A DNA stretch of 64,000 bases from a virus. The position numbers and the translations under genes were made by a program. Positions 31,101-39,686 of this stretch are shown in pieces. Under the pieces are notes generated by a model, which had not been told where the DNA came from, made no database searches, and saw only the letters and a program-made list of their open reading frames with translations. The stretch covers positions 32,001 through 96,000 of the IMG/VR virus record IMGVR_UViG_3300002092_001237. The stretch is one strand, 5' to 3'. Position 1 is the first letter of the stretch; every line of letters starts with the position of its first letter.

Positions 31101-34007
31101 CACTATACTAGTATTTGCGCTACTGTAAGCATCACCTAATTGTAGAACTGCTGTTCCAGTTGAATCAGTGAATGACACGATCTTATCGATCCTATATCGT
31201 AGCCCATTTACATAGAAAGCAGTTGGCGTACCTGGAACTCTATTAACTTTACCATTTAGTGGTCTAGCCTGTTTGAAAGTTAATCCTGATACTGTTATCT
31301 GTGTTACTGGAGTTCCCTGTGTTAAAGCAGTAGTTATGGTTACTGGTATTCTGCCACTATAACCATCGACTAATGCACCGCCACGGAACGCTTTGGCGTT
31401 AACGGATGCAGAAATACTTGAACAGTTTTGTATGTATGGCGACTTAGTTAATATCTGTCCTTCCGGATCTAATACTGTTGCGAATCCACCATGTCCTTGT
31501 ATAGTAAAATCTTTTAACCCCGTTGCATCGTTCATTAGGAACATATCAATGTCTTTGTTGTTCCTCGGCGGGTTGAATGTAGCACTGTTTGATAACGAAT
31601 AAGAAACTATATCAACTAACGCATTCGCAACAGTTACACCATCGGGGACAGTTGGTAGATTTGATTCTGCTATATATGCTACTGCACTATTTTGTGAGAC
31701 ACTATCGGTATTCAATTTAAAAGGAGTAGTAGTATATGTATCTAAAATCGTATGTGATAAAATATTAGGTATGAGTTGTTTTAAGTAATCAAGCCCTGCC
31801 TTACAGACGGTTCTGTAACCACTTGAGTTAGTATACACAGTAGTGTTATAGAATCTGTAAGCAGCATTAACTACACCAGCAGTATCACCTTTAATCAAAT
31901 CATCGCAGATAGCACTTATGACTAATCCAACATCTCTCTGTGATTTAGTTTTATCAAACGTATTGCTGAGACTATTTGTTGCCGCATAGTTTAGCATATA
32001 TTGATAGACTTCTGCTTGCATAAATGCACTGTTTAATGATAGCATCGTAGATGTGTTATTATATCCTCCAGCATTAATGTTAGAATATATAGTCTGACTG
32101 TTAACTGTTATATTGCTCGGGTTACTAATGGTCCAGCTGAGTCCAGATCCACTGGTAATCTTGATGGGACTGCTTATTCCTGATCCTGATAATACTTGAC
32201 CAACTGTAATCGTTCCAGTAACTGTTCCAGTAGCAACGGTTAATGTTCCCCCGCTTATGCTACCTGAGAATACAGCATATCCAGGACCGATGTCTAGAGG
32301 TTTAGTTGGATCTGCTAGATAATAATATCCATATCCCGTAGTAGCGACGATAGGAGCAGCGACACTAACTGATACGTTGTATGGATTGTTAAGAACCCAA
32401 CTAGATCCGCTACCCGAAGCGATACTGACTGATGCTGTTATATTACCGTTAGCTCCTGTTAAAAATTGGCCTGCTGCGATAGTTCCTGTTATTGCGCTAG
32501 TTACTGTTAATACGGATCCAACTATAGTTCCACTGAATGTAGCATTTCCGATAGCTGTATTATTTGTAGTCAATCCGTCGATCACAGGATCACGATAGAA
32601 GTACATAGACCTCCACGGACTTGCGCTAGCTGCATCCTTTGGACGTATGATAGTTCTACGCATTTCAGATCCAATGATACTGACATTTTTAGGAACACGG
32701 ATTGGCAGATGTTCTTCGTATATTCCACTCTCTAGATAAATGGCGACCTGTATCTTCGGAGTCGCCTGATCGAAATAGAGATTTTCCCCAGTTTGGAAAG
32801 TACCAATAGTGCCTTGTATATCGATAAGATCGTAACCGCTTACTACGCCCCAGTACTTATTGATCGTACCAACTGCTCCCGACGACCCACCTACGATTAA
32901 TTTATTAGTAGTCAAATCTAGATTGCTTGGGTTACCTTGGTCGACGGTATTAGTTCCGTTTAAATTGGTTATCTGTAGACGAGTAACAGTAACACCGTCG
33001 TTTGTTGCAGTACCTACTGTGTAAACCGTACTAAGACTCGCACCAGCATTGACAGTGATTGGTTGCTTATAGTTTCCTGGTTCGATCGATGAAGCATAAA
33101 CTATATCTTCGGCATATTTACAAGCTTCACTAACGGATGAGAACGCATAAGCTAGAGCACGACCAACCCTATCAGTAGGTACGCTACTATATCTCATCTG
33201 TGCTGTTGTTCTACCATTGGTGCTAACAAATAGATCAACAGTGCTAGGGAATTCGCTTATATCTACATAGTTTTTAGTCGCAGCATGTAGATCAACGGTA
33301 GGGTTAGCGTTAAGAGTTAAGGGTCCGGTTAGTGTATCTCCGCCACGGTAAACTACGTCTTTCCTCTGCATAACTTCTGTCGATAGATAATTGCTAGTTA
33401 GGGTAGCATCATATCCAGTTACACCGATTTGTGGTCCGGTCGGTTGTGACCTCGATGTTAATGCACCAGTCATAGTATCGCCATCTATATTGAGATAGTG
33501 TCTATCTCCGTAGCCTTTGGTTATAACAAAACTATCGATACCGGCAGAGCCAGTTGGACCTTGGAAACTATTAGCAGCATTGATCGCACTAGAACTATCT
33601 GGATCTAATATGTTACCGATACTGAATAATCCCTTACCGTCGAGAGAACCACCTAGACTAGGAGTGGAATCTTGAGATACCTTCGCGCCTTTATTGGTTA
33701 ATATGATCTTAGTTGGGTCAGTAGTGTAATCAACACCTATACCTGTTTCTGAACTGCCGTATAATTCTTTGGCTAATATATATTTCCCCGTAGCATTAAC
33801 GATGAACATACTATTCGGAACTAGTGCTTGATCTTGATTAGGATCGTAATCACTTAGAGAAGTAAAAGGTATACCGCCCGAGTTACCTTTGGTTATAAAC
33901 GAATATAATTCATAGAAGTTTTCATTGACTTTATTAAATGAATCTCTGATAGCATCACCGGTTGCATCGTTACCCTCTACACCGATATTAATAATTTTCT
34001 GTGTCAT
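25152..34007 (-). CDS. Giant (2951 aa) tail fibre/spike with gp9/10-like N-terminus and C-terminal intramolecular chaperone domain
   Basis: N-terminus INIG..GNDATGDAIRDSF.KVN.NF; beta-helix-like middle (GIYEE.LPI.VP..VSI.G.E.RR); C-terminus YADLAENY...YEPGTV...VALQGRVPCKV. Confidence 0.8.
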   Translation of the reverse strand: MTQKIINIGVEGNDATGDAIRDSFNKVNENFYELYSFITKGNSGGIPFTSLSDYDPNQDQALVPNSMFIVNATGKYILAKELYGSSETGIGVDYTTDPTKIILTNKGAKVSQDSTPSLGGSLDGKGLFSIGNILDPDSSSAINAANSFQGPTGSAGIDSFVITKGYGDRHYLNIDGDTMTGALTSRSQPTGPQIGVTGYDATLTSNYLSTEVMQRKDVVYRGGDTLTGPLTLNANPTVDLHAATKNYVDISEFPSTVDLFVSTNGRTTAQMRYSSVPTDRVGRALAYAFSSVSEACKYAEDIVYASSIEPGNYKQPITVNAGASLSTVYTVGTATNDGVTVTRLQITNLNGTNTVDQGNPSNLDLTTNKLIVGGSSGAVGTINKYWGVVSGYDLIDIQGTIGTFQTGENLYFDQATPKIQVAIYLESGIYEEHLPIRVPKNVSIIGSEMRRTIIRPKDAASASPWRSMYFYRDPVIDGLTTNNTAIGNATFSGTIVGSVLTVTSAITGTIAAGQFLTGANGNITASVSIASGSGSSWVLNNPYNVSVSVAAPIVATTGYGYYYLADPTKPLDIGPGYAVFSGSISGGTLTVATGTVTGTITVGQVLSGSGISSPIKITSGSGLSWTISNPSNITVNSQTIYSNINAGGYNNTSTMLSLNSAFMQAEVYQYMLNYAATNSLSNTFDKTKSQRDVGLVISAICDDLIKGDTAGVVNAAYRFYNTTVYTNSSGYRTVCKAGLDYLKQLIPNILSHTILDTYTTTPFKLNTDSVSQNSAVAYIAESNLPTVPDGVTVANALVDIVSYSLSNSATFNPPRNNKDIDMFLMNDATGLKDFTIQGHGGFATVLDPEGQILTKSPYIQNCSSISASVNAKAFRGGALVDGYSGRIPVTITTALTQGTPVTQITVSGLTFKQARPLNGKVNRVPGTPTAFYVNGLRYRIDKIVSFTDSTGTAVLQLGDAYSSANTSIVLETAGNKSMLATHFTQVNDIAYGIMVTNNALMELVSVFTYYCHTAYYSINGGQIRAVSGSNSNGFFGLKAEGSDPGEVPRYVTLADNLTQYARIYKKGSVYNGASYNAASGSLMTIVGYDYVPYSITEIQVYHPVAGKTTYTINNITPVVNSASISMIAKGGAGVGSITCTTQHGFSTSPNGGTPQVTNVTGSSGSYTITLVSAVNNFTSPTVVAPNYNIYQGQIVAGTNIGLTTSFTGTIASGTLTTLTTTGYQTLVPGQLINNGLLLTGSGVTYNIRVVAVATPGATFTGSISGTTLTIQSVTSGTVAVGQTLSGTGITGIVSISSGSALSWVIKNPNNISVTGIVITSSGNSWTVTNPNNLTFTSATLTAQLFPTVVSVKENTVTLSAPNSGAVSGTVTFYDTVTISGVPSSVTLSNGLPANSADFNGTFPVLNSGPSYSGTSGTGVALASPGLAVTSFTGTIAAATPTLLTVTGNPTYGAIAPGMVLIWTGGTNAAYTDNVIVNSLASTTSTGGVTTTTWNITNNSSKNSVTAVTMTGNTIGTTGQSSFQITTTAGTAYTAIPLASISGNSNLNKIYYIANLGSVVLTSAQWWSIGVSTGVATPAIGTSFIYNGISTTGLGTGVTVYESPLQVGQTVTFSTTPNPITSTATTYVSSILVSSGPNLTPLTMNSPTFTTTTAVVTISTNLVNPVTATGTFTFGVPTAGTIFGIPASIGIISGATLSTPATATLNTKIAKISLGTGIDGASTKFTENMNDGDFVVLRTTEIFKFYGNFVGLTSRPSTALDFTYDGISNNYRTVALSSNYYNNSRNPGDAGYGTTEALNENPTLVCTFSGYISGFTLNVVGSPSYGSLSAGLILSGTGINGSVITVSSTNASTWVITNSNNVSVGNVSVPVTINAYQGGTSLITIDSNYSYVTATVTNTAAIGGATTIRINELTDIDKSRIVGMEFGWVDQNVTPKGYTRTITAYTATSPGSYATLTLNSALPTNTIIPTGVSISAGIKSYGSSTISSSISGTGAVNTIVMASNSTFSYNGTYTRYVRIDSEIFSFTGISSTTTLTGVNRAQLGTVAAVHSTNAVVQEISGLLTANISTNRVTSHDFLNIGTGGYNTSNYPNSINGVPYEAKVDNNNAVDSVGSNTKAEVQEKNRGRVFFAATNQDGFFRVGRFFTVDQGTGTVSFSASIVLSGLTGLGFKSGVFITQFLNDATMPDIGDAVPTMSSVREYVNRRLGVDLNGTVSTSPIGSGFLPLQPGAGVTMKGTLDMGTNKIANVVAPSSGTDAANKSYVDQFLKLTGGTRYEIDLFVMGSTSQIAIATFARTGTTATIVTSQPNALSVGSIITISGLTDTSFNTTTTVTGIVSLSSFTYTTVSSTTVTSTPGGAGVVTVPDSIGMNSNKITNVGTPTDTADASTKGYVDTKANVAQLGDVLYTTPTGPTGSDMMVYSGTKWVNTRTAGDVVGALSATGPTGNILTYTIQSGAVVDSKVSATAAIDHTKLSIDNANASYGETITITGISGNGTTVTVTFSSPLQLDGLTPITGYTFPVGSRIVIAGVTGITGYNGTYIVSGATTNSAGSSTITYSSIISGVATLTTATIRSLRGAVSLDANQFTVSTGFASIKSNSLKLDRLLAISGNTVVGNSTAGAATPTAINFTAVVDGALAAAYSIPNSSVGTGVLTRLGSGQFGTITYSSTVISAQNLVSRDSSGNSTFGTVTAGAITSGGSITAGSITSGGSITAGSITSGGSITAGNLRISSIFGTTPAGVDAGEVFTWANSTINSNFTFSGGDNRVLSIGLNSNNHAYIRNYKGIDINSCDLYTLNILPLANATYNLGSSGLNWNLIYGTATQARYADLAENYVADQKYEPGTVLMIGGEQEVTLAKGQGTTKVAGVISEHPAHLMNSALEAEFVATVALQGRVPCKVIGKVSKGDMMVVSMVPGVAMASEDPRAGSIIGKALADYDGDRVSVIEVLVGKH
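25833..25942. repeat. 33-bp tandem repeat, about 3.3 copies, inside the fibre gene (AGSITSGGSIT)
   Basis: Unit acctgctgttatactaccaccagaagttataga starts at 25833, 25866, 25899, with a partial copy at 25932. Confidence 0.9.
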
Positions 34008-34019
34008 TTCTTCTCCAAA

Positions 34020-34346
34020 TTAAAACGCAAAACTAGTACCGCAGCCGCAACTTGATTTTGCGTTTGGGTTTTCGAAAACAAAACTGCTTCCAAATATCTC
34101 TCTCTTATAATCCAACTGTGTACCAAGCACAAACATTAAGCTCATACCATCTACTATAAATTTCTTTGAATTTACGTCAATTATTTCGTCATCATCGAGT
34201 AATTCTTCTTCGCTATCGATGAAGCTCCAATCATAACTAAATCCGGCACAGCCTCCGCCTTTAACGGCGAGCTTGACACCCCATTTATCATTTGATTCAC
34301 ATAGTTGCTGGATCTGTTGGCTAGCTGACTCTGTTATAGATATCAT
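34020..34346 (-). CDS. iscA: A-type Fe-S cluster carrier (HesB/IscA/ErpA family)
   Basis: GGGCAGFSY and NPNAKSSCGCGTSF motifs. Confidence 0.9.
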   Translation of the reverse strand: MISITESASQQIQQLCESNDKWGVKLAVKGGGCAGFSYDWSFIDSEEELLDDDEIIDVNSKKFIVDGMSLMFVLGTQLDYKREIFGSSFVFENPNAKSSCGCGTSFAF

Positions 34347-34455
34347 TGTTTAATTCTCGTTTTCTGTGTTATAGATATTTATTCTGCGGACTAAGAAAGA
34401 ATTTTTATTCTATACCATATTTACCATAAATAAATCTACCATAAGGAGATATAAA

Positions 34456-34725
34456 ATGTTTAATTGGTTAAAGAATCTTTTTGGCAATAAGGCTAAAGAA
34501 GAAGTCACTAAGGTAGAAGTAGCAGTTGAAAAGGCTGCTGAAGCTGCGGTTGCCGAAGTTAAAGCTGAGGTAGCAGTCGTTGAAGCCAAGGTTGAAAAGG
34601 CTGTTAAGACTGTAGCAGCAAAGGCTAAAAAGAATGTGACTAAGGCTGTTGCTAAAGTCGAAGAAAAAGTAGTCAAGACTGTTGCTAAAAAGGCAGCAGG
34701 TCGTCCTAAGAAGACTGCTGAATAA
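34456..34725 (+). CDS. Ala/Lys/Val-rich low-complexity protein, possibly histone H1-like
   Basis: AAGGAG RBS, CATAAATA box upstream, ends AKKAAGRPKK. Confidence 0.6.
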   Translation: MFNWLKNLFGNKAKEEVTKVEVAVEKAAEAAVAEVKAEVAVVEAKVEKAVKTVAAKAKKNVTKAVAKVEEKVVKTVAKKAAGRPKKTAE

Positions 34726-35734
34726 GTTCTTCCCGTAATGCGAAACTAGCAAGGTTCTTTGCCTTGCTTTCGCACATGATATCGAAATTGTCTAAGAAAC
34801 TGAGAGCCCACTGATTAACTGCTGTATTCCAGTAATAGTCAGAATGGGCTCGAAGTTTCTGTTTCTTACGTCCGCTTTCTAACAGCATACCCATATTGGG
34901 CATTACATCACGTTCATGAGTATCCAAGTAATCTTCGCGGCTAACAGAATAATGAAGAGTAGGCCGAACGTCACGCCAGCTCTCACTAACCATCTGTACA
35001 CGGTCATCGCCGGGGGAAATATACTCACCCTCACGGACCCAATGATGGTGGATATCAAGTACAATAGGCAGGAGATCCCTGAGCATAAGGCAATCATTAA
35101 GTCCATGGGCATTCTCCTCGTTCTCGATAGTTATCGTATTACGTGCCTCGGGTGAAAGTTTCTTATAAGCAGCACGTATGCCTTCGTGTCCTAACCGACC
35201 TGCGATATGTACATTACATTTAAAGTCTTGGAACTTTACGCCGTAGCCCATCCAACGGATCATGTCCACATGATATTCAAATTCTGCTATACTGCGTTCC
35301 ACAACATCTGGGCGATCACTGGCCAAGACAGTGAACTGGCCAGGATGAAAACTAAGGCGTACATCGTTGCGACGTGCCACATCACCGATCTTGCTGAAGG
35401 CTTTTTCACAGAAATTCTTGACAGTGCTATCGCTGTAGAAATAGCCAAAATTAGGCTCTGTATAGACAGGCAAAACGTCGCTGCCAATACGCACCATTCG
35501 AAGAGACTCATCTAACGCTCCTACACGTTCTACTAGATTCTGTACGGCTCGTATGTTATGGGTCATTAAGTCCCACAACTTTTGTTCTGCTACTTCACGT
35601 GTCTGGCGTCTAAGCCAAGCCACTGTAGTAGTGCTGTTGTTAAGTTCGGGTACTGCGACAACACCCTTGGGTGATGTCTCAGACCATTTACATGCGAAGC
35701 CTATGCGTTTAATCATGTTATTAGTATACGACAC
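34706..35734 (-). CDS. uvsE: UV damage endonuclease UvsE/UvdE
   Basis: RIGFAC, RLSFHPGQF, IENEE, LDIHHHW, RAHSD and E.KAKN motifs. Confidence 0.9.
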   Translation of the reverse strand: MSYTNNMIKRIGFACKWSETSPKGVVAVPELNNSTTTVAWLRRQTREVAEQKLWDLMTHNIRAVQNLVERVGALDESLRMVRIGSDVLPVYTEPNFGYFYSDSTVKNFCEKAFSKIGDVARRNDVRLSFHPGQFTVLASDRPDVVERSIAEFEYHVDMIRWMGYGVKFQDFKCNVHIAGRLGHEGIRAAYKKLSPEARNTITIENEENAHGLNDCLMLRDLLPIVLDIHHHWVREGEYISPGDDRVQMVSESWRDVRPTLHYSVSREDYLDTHERDVMPNMGMLLESGRKKQKLRAHSDYYWNTAVNQWALSFLDNFDIMCESKAKNLASFALREELIQQSS

Positions 35735-36430
35735 TTAACGCCAGTTGTCAACTATGATAGGGTCCTTAACTTCGTGTGGATTTGGTGTACCGTGGAAAGC
35801 CAGTACCGAAGTAGTAGGATCTAATTCTACATTCCGTATGCTATTGAAATTATATCGTCCATTTATACGTGCTAACTCAGATCTTTCTCGGGCTTCCCAT
35901 TTGTAACTAATAATCCATCTATCTGGATAGAATTTTATTTTGTTTTTATACAAAGACCAAATCCAATCTTGATCTCCTGGCATGCTTCTAATAATCCCAG
36001 GATTATTACCTATACCTTCCCATATTTCTGAATGAAATCCTGCTTCCCAACGCATAATAGCACTACATAATTTTTCAGCATTTTTCCATATACGACTAAA
36101 ATCATGTAACCCTACAAACTGTCCAGGTTGATACGAAATTAGACTGTTAATATTCCCAATGATAACCATATCGAGGTCGAAAAACAGGTTAGTATCTCCT
36201 TGTGGGAAATGATCTGCTTTAAACATGTAGGGTTTCCACCACCATCCGTGTATCTCAGCTCTACGGGGTAGTATTCTAATCTCAATTTTTGGATCTATTC
36301 CGTCAGGCCTATCTGTAAAGCAGACAAATCGATGAGGCACTGTTAGGTGCCTCTCGATCATGTTATAGAGATTATTAACATAAATGGCTTCGTATTTGGA
36401 CCCATGTTTTAAACAGATAACATTAAGCAA
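35735..36430 (-). CDS. GT-A fold glycosyltransferase-like protein
   Basis: VICLKHG.KY...FVCFTD...GWWWK...FFDLD...GDQDWI...FHG.PNP; likely TTG start at 36430 after GAGG. Confidence 0.75.
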   Translation of the reverse strand: MLNVICLKHGSKYEAIYVNNLYNMIERHLTVPHRFVCFTDRPDGIDPKIEIRILPRRAEIHGWWWKPYMFKADHFPQGDTNLFFDLDMVIIGNINSLISYQPGQFVGLHDFSRIWKNAEKLCSAIMRWEAGFHSEIWEGIGNNPGIIRSMPGDQDWIWSLYKNKIKFYPDRWIISYKWEARERSELARINGRYNFNSIRNVELDPTTSVLAFHGTPNPHEVKDPIIVDNWR

Positions 36431-36920
36431 GGAGATCCTCTCCCCAACATCTGTGACCCTCTCTAAAAGCCATGTTTGCTTGTGTCTCACGTACTTCTAC
36501 TCTGTAGCACCATAAACGTGCTGCTTCGCCTGGGCCCCACATGTCTGGGATGTACACTGTGTTGATGTACTTGTACAGCATGTCTGCTAGGCTTTCGCAA
36601 CCTAAATTGGGTAGAATAGTTAGTTTCATAATACCACGTTGTTCTGCTTCTTTATACCAGTCCAAGTGAGGATCTGATTCTGCTACTAAGGTGGTGTGGT
36701 CAAATTGACTCTCTAGGATCTTCTTAAGTTCTTTAAGTCCGCCGTAGTCTGCTGCCCAGTTACGCACATCTAGATCGTTGGTTCCGAAATAGAACTTCAT
36801 GCTGAAGCTGTAACCGTGGATCATATTACAATGGCTGTCTGCTCGCCACTGTCGGTATGCACACGGAAACGAATCGATGTATTCTTTAGTACTCGTATAT
36901 TTGTATGTAATCGGTGTCAT
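36423..36920 (-). CDS. queD: 6-carboxytetrahydropterin synthase (QueD/PTPS family)
   Basis: HCNMIHGY, DYG.LK, FDHT, CE.LA and V.V.ET motifs. Confidence 0.85.
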   Translation of the reverse strand: MTPITYKYTSTKEYIDSFPCAYRQWRADSHCNMIHGYSFSMKFYFGTNDLDVRNWAADYGGLKELKKILESQFDHTTLVAESDPHLDWYKEAEQRGIMKLTILPNLGCESLADMLYKYINTVYIPDMWGPGEAARLWCYRVEVRETQANMAFREGHRCWGEDLLA

Positions 36921-36928
36921 GCTCTTCT

Positions 36929-36991
36929 CCTATGTTTAATATAGCATAGGCTGCAGAATTTGTAAAGCGGGATGAAGCCATAAGCGCCGCT
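36929..36991 (-). promoter_or_regulatory. Candidate preQ1-I-like pseudoknot riboswitch with an SD-sequestering hairpin
   Basis: RNA AGCGG-CGCUUAUGGCUUCAUC-CCGCU-UUACAAAUUCUGC-AGCC. Loop GGCU can pair with AGCC, which overlaps the CCUAUG/CAUAGG hairpin covering the start of AGGAG. Confidence 0.6.
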
Positions 36992-36995
36992 ATTT

Positions 36996-37349
36996 TTACT
37001 TATCACGTCCAACTAAGTCCACAACATCTTTTCGAACTTCTTTGATTTCTTTGATAACATCAACTAACCCCTTGCTAGATTTTTCTAGGACATATGCGAG
37101 AACCGCGATCGTATATATCGCCCAGAACCACCATACTATGAAAACTATTACACCCATTCCTATAATAGAATCTATCAGCAGTTCCCAATGTCGGAAACCG
37201 TGTAGGTATAAGACTATTACGATGATAGTTAATATCGCGGGGCTAACTTTAGCAAACTTGTCCCAGAGGGAAACTTGCCAGATGATGTAATTAGGAGTGG
37301 CTTTGTCGGCCACCCCTGGGGGATTTTCATTCGTGTTGGGCATGACCAT
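36996..37349 (-). CDS. Two-TM membrane protein
   Basis: Two hydrophobic segments; GATAAATA box at 37352-37359. Confidence 0.55.
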   Translation of the reverse strand: MVMPNTNENPPGVADKATPNYIIWQVSLWDKFAKVSPAILTIIVIVLYLHGFRHWELLIDSIIGMGVIVFIVWWFWAIYTIAVLAYVLEKSSKGLVDVIKEIKEVRKDVVDLVGRDK

Positions 37350-37371
37350 AATATTTATCAGTCAAAACACT

Positions 37372-38616
37372 TCAATTATACGATTTTAACAGTAGCATGT
37401 CTGTGTTAATGCGTCCGTTGAGTTTAGTTTCGACGCTGTTGATGCTTTCGTAGAGTTTACGCATCTTAGTCTTAGGCAGGCTCTTAACATCACGTAAGAA
37501 CTCCTCAGGCTTGCGTACGGTCTTTGCTACGCTCTTAGCCTCATCAAAGTTAACGATAGTCGTGCCTTTGATGCTAAGTGATGCTAGATCAGTTGCTACA
37601 TAGCAGCCTAGTTTGCGTGTCTTTGAGTTGAATACCCAAAGTTCCAAACTCTGTAGAGCATCCTCTGGTTTGATACTGACTAACTTGTAGCGATCGTCGG
37701 TGGCCTTGAACTTGATCTTAGCGACCAACTTCTCTTTGCTAGGTGCCTTCTTTGCACGTACCTTACGTGCTACTTTAGCGGTCTGTAGCAGCATATCACA
37801 GGCAGCAACGACCTCAGTCAGTGCCGCTAACATATTGCGCTGTTGACCCTTAGTGTAAGTCTTATAGCCCTCGATCAACTGCTCGTCTTTGGTCTTACCT
37901 GGATTAACTAATTGGTCGTATTCTGCTTTACGTTCTGCGTAGGATTCACGGATCACACGAGCATGTGCTTGGTTCGCTTCCTTACCTTTGAAGTGTGCGA
38001 TTACGTTAAAGCCCTTAGGATCAAACTTCTCTGGATCGGTAATAAAGCCTTCTAACCAAGTATCGATATCTTCTGCGATAACATGTGCGCTAGCACGGAT
38101 ACGATCCTGGATAGTGGGCTGTACCGTTCCACTTGTACGTTTCTCGTCATTCTTTTTAGATTCGATAAGAGTTTTACCTTTAGCAACCAGTTCGCCGATC
38201 TTTTCACGCAGCCATTCTGCGTTGTCACGATCTTCGCTCTGTGTATGCTTAGTTGGCATACCACGCAACAGCATAGTAGCAAGCGAACCCATCGTGCTAG
38301 TGGTCATCCAGTCTGGGCATTCCTTAAAACTACGGATGTCTTCTTTAGCATAACCGTTTGTTTCCATCCATTTGATCACATTTGGAATCAAATCACGCGG
38401 AGCGTTATGATAGTTGTAGTAGTAGAACCCACGATGCTGTTCTTTGCGGAAACGTTCAACGCTCCACTTTTCCCAACTGTCCCATACTGGTTCTGCGCCT
38501 GTATATTTCTCATCAAGGATCATTGGTTTACGAGCAGTTGTTGGCTTCTTAACCCGCGGAGCAAGACTGATCTTGCCTGTGCCTTTTGCTTTGGATTTAG
38601 TTGCTGACTTAGCCAT
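37372..38616 (-). CDS. Conserved hypothetical early phage protein
   Basis: Start MAKSATK after AAGGAG; sigma70-like promoter upstream. Confidence 0.6.
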   Translation of the reverse strand: MAKSATKSKAKGTGKISLAPRVKKPTTARKPMILDEKYTGAEPVWDSWEKWSVERFRKEQHRGFYYYNYHNAPRDLIPNVIKWMETNGYAKEDIRSFKECPDWMTTSTMGSLATMLLRGMPTKHTQSEDRDNAEWLREKIGELVAKGKTLIESKKNDEKRTSGTVQPTIQDRIRASAHVIAEDIDTWLEGFITDPEKFDPKGFNVIAHFKGKEANQAHARVIRESYAERKAEYDQLVNPGKTKDEQLIEGYKTYTKGQQRNMLAALTEVVAACDMLLQTAKVARKVRAKKAPSKEKLVAKIKFKATDDRYKLVSIKPEDALQSLELWVFNSKTRKLGCYVATDLASLSIKGTTIVNFDEAKSVAKTVRKPEEFLRDVKSLPKTKMRKLYESINSVETKLNGRINTDMLLLKSYN

Positions 38617-38641
38617 CGTGTTCTCCTTTGTTAATATAATC

Positions 38642-38669
38642 ATTATATAGCATCTGCGGAGTTTGTCAA
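38642..38669 (-). promoter_or_regulatory. sigma70-type promoter
   Basis: TTGACA-N16-TATAAT on the minus strand upstream of the 37372-38616 gene. Similar TTGAC boxes lie near 12503, 39069, 40118, 43211, 44164 and 45661. Confidence 0.65.
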
Positions 38670-38697
38670 GTGAATTAGATGCGTGAAATTTTGAGAC

Positions 38698-38722
38698 AAA
38701 AAAGGGCGGATAAAACCGCCCT
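38698..38722 (-). terminator. Intrinsic terminator
   Basis: AGGGCGG-TTTTAT-CCGCCCT followed by a T run. Confidence 0.8.
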
Positions 38723-38732
38723 CTATTCTTGA

Positions 38733-38939
38733 TTACTTTGCCTTCTTCTTGGCTGGTGCTTTTTTAGCAGGAGCCTTCTTCTTGTGTACCTTATAAGTCT
38801 TACACTGTTCCTTGCCGTTCACTGTCTTACAGACCTGGCGAGTTGGACGGGGTTCTGGAGTTGGAACAGCAGATGGAGCAGCGAGTGCGGAACCGGCAGT
38901 AAATGCGAGTAAAGTAGCGATGAGTGCGAGTTTCTTCAT
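38733..38939 (-). CDS. Small secreted basic protein
   Basis: Signal peptide MKKLALIATLLAFTAGSALA, one Cys pair, Lys/Ala/Pro tail. Confidence 0.65.
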   Translation of the reverse strand: MKKLALIATLLAFTAGSALAAPSAVPTPEPRPTRQVCKTVNGKEQCKTYKVHKKKAPAKKAPAKKKAK

Positions 38940-38962
38940 TTTAGTCTTTCCTGTAAAAGTTG

Positions 38963-39037
38963 TGGTGGGCGGTGAGGGTTTCGAACCCCCGACCCTCTGG
39001 ATGTAAACCAGATGCTCTACCGCTGAGCTAACCGCCC
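38963..39037 (-). tRNA. tRNA-Val(UAC)
   Basis: Cloverleaf; anticodon arm TCTGG-TTTACAT-CCAGA; encoded CCA. Confidence 0.95.
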
Positions 39038-39077
39038 ATGATCTTATATTACTATATATGTTGATCGTTGTCAACAT

Positions 39078-39107
39078 AAAAAAAGCAGTAGTGTCTCCAC
39101 TACTGCT
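39078..39107 (-). terminator. Intrinsic terminator after the porin gene
   Basis: GCAGTAGTG/CACTACTGC stem followed by T7. Confidence 0.8.
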
Positions 39108-39131
39108 CTTTTATTTCAGTCTAACTTGAAA

Positions 39132-39686
39132 TTAGAACTTGTAGTTTAGACCGATTGTGACAATGTTATTGTCCTTAATCTTCGTACTATCGGACCAAGT
39201 ATTGACAAAGCGATAACGTGCATCTGCTTCCCAATTCTTAGCAATAGCGTATTTCACACCGCCACCTACGTTGTAGATGGTCTTGTTACCGTCGCGAACG
39301 CCATCACGGAAATCGTGATTCTGAACGCCAACCCCTGCTAGTGCATATGGAGTGAAACCATAGAATGCACCAAATGGGCTAACAACACCATTGGCAGTTA
39401 CGCGAGTCTGGTTCGCTGAGGAACCCTTCTTGAACTGATTATCCACTGCGATTTCTGTAGCGAATAATGGGTTCCACTTGTAGCCAACTACGCCACCCAC
39501 AGAGGATGGATTGTCAGTTACGTTGCGGTCCATCTTTACTGCACCACCGGCATTAACACCGACGTACCAGCTCTCAGGAGCAGTTACGGCAGGAGCAGCA
39601 GGTGTAGCCTTCTTTTCTGGAAGATTCGCTGCAGATGCAACGGAAGCTGTCAAGATAAGAGCGACTGCTGTGATAATATTTTTCAT
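39132..39686 (-). CDS. Outer-membrane beta-barrel protein (Omp25/RopB- or OmpA-barrel-like)
   Basis: Signal peptide, AANLP..K..PAAP linker, WYVGVNAG, PYALAGVG, C-terminal GLNYKF. Confidence 0.8.
   Translation of the reverse strand: MKNIITAVALILTASVASAANLPEKKATPAAPAVTAPESWYVGVNAGGAVKMDRNVTDNPSSVGGVVGYKWNPLFATEIAVDNQFKKGSSANQTRVTANGVVSPFGAFYGFTPYALAGVGVQNHDFRDGVRDGNKTIYNVGGGVKYAIAKNWEADARYRFVNTWSDSTKIKDNNIVTIGLNYKF

Noticed and set aside
25222-32598. Many plus-strand ORFs opposite the giant fibre gene (also opposite clpA and dnaK)
   Set aside because: Antisense shadows caused by codon bias; no RBS and no recognisable motifs.
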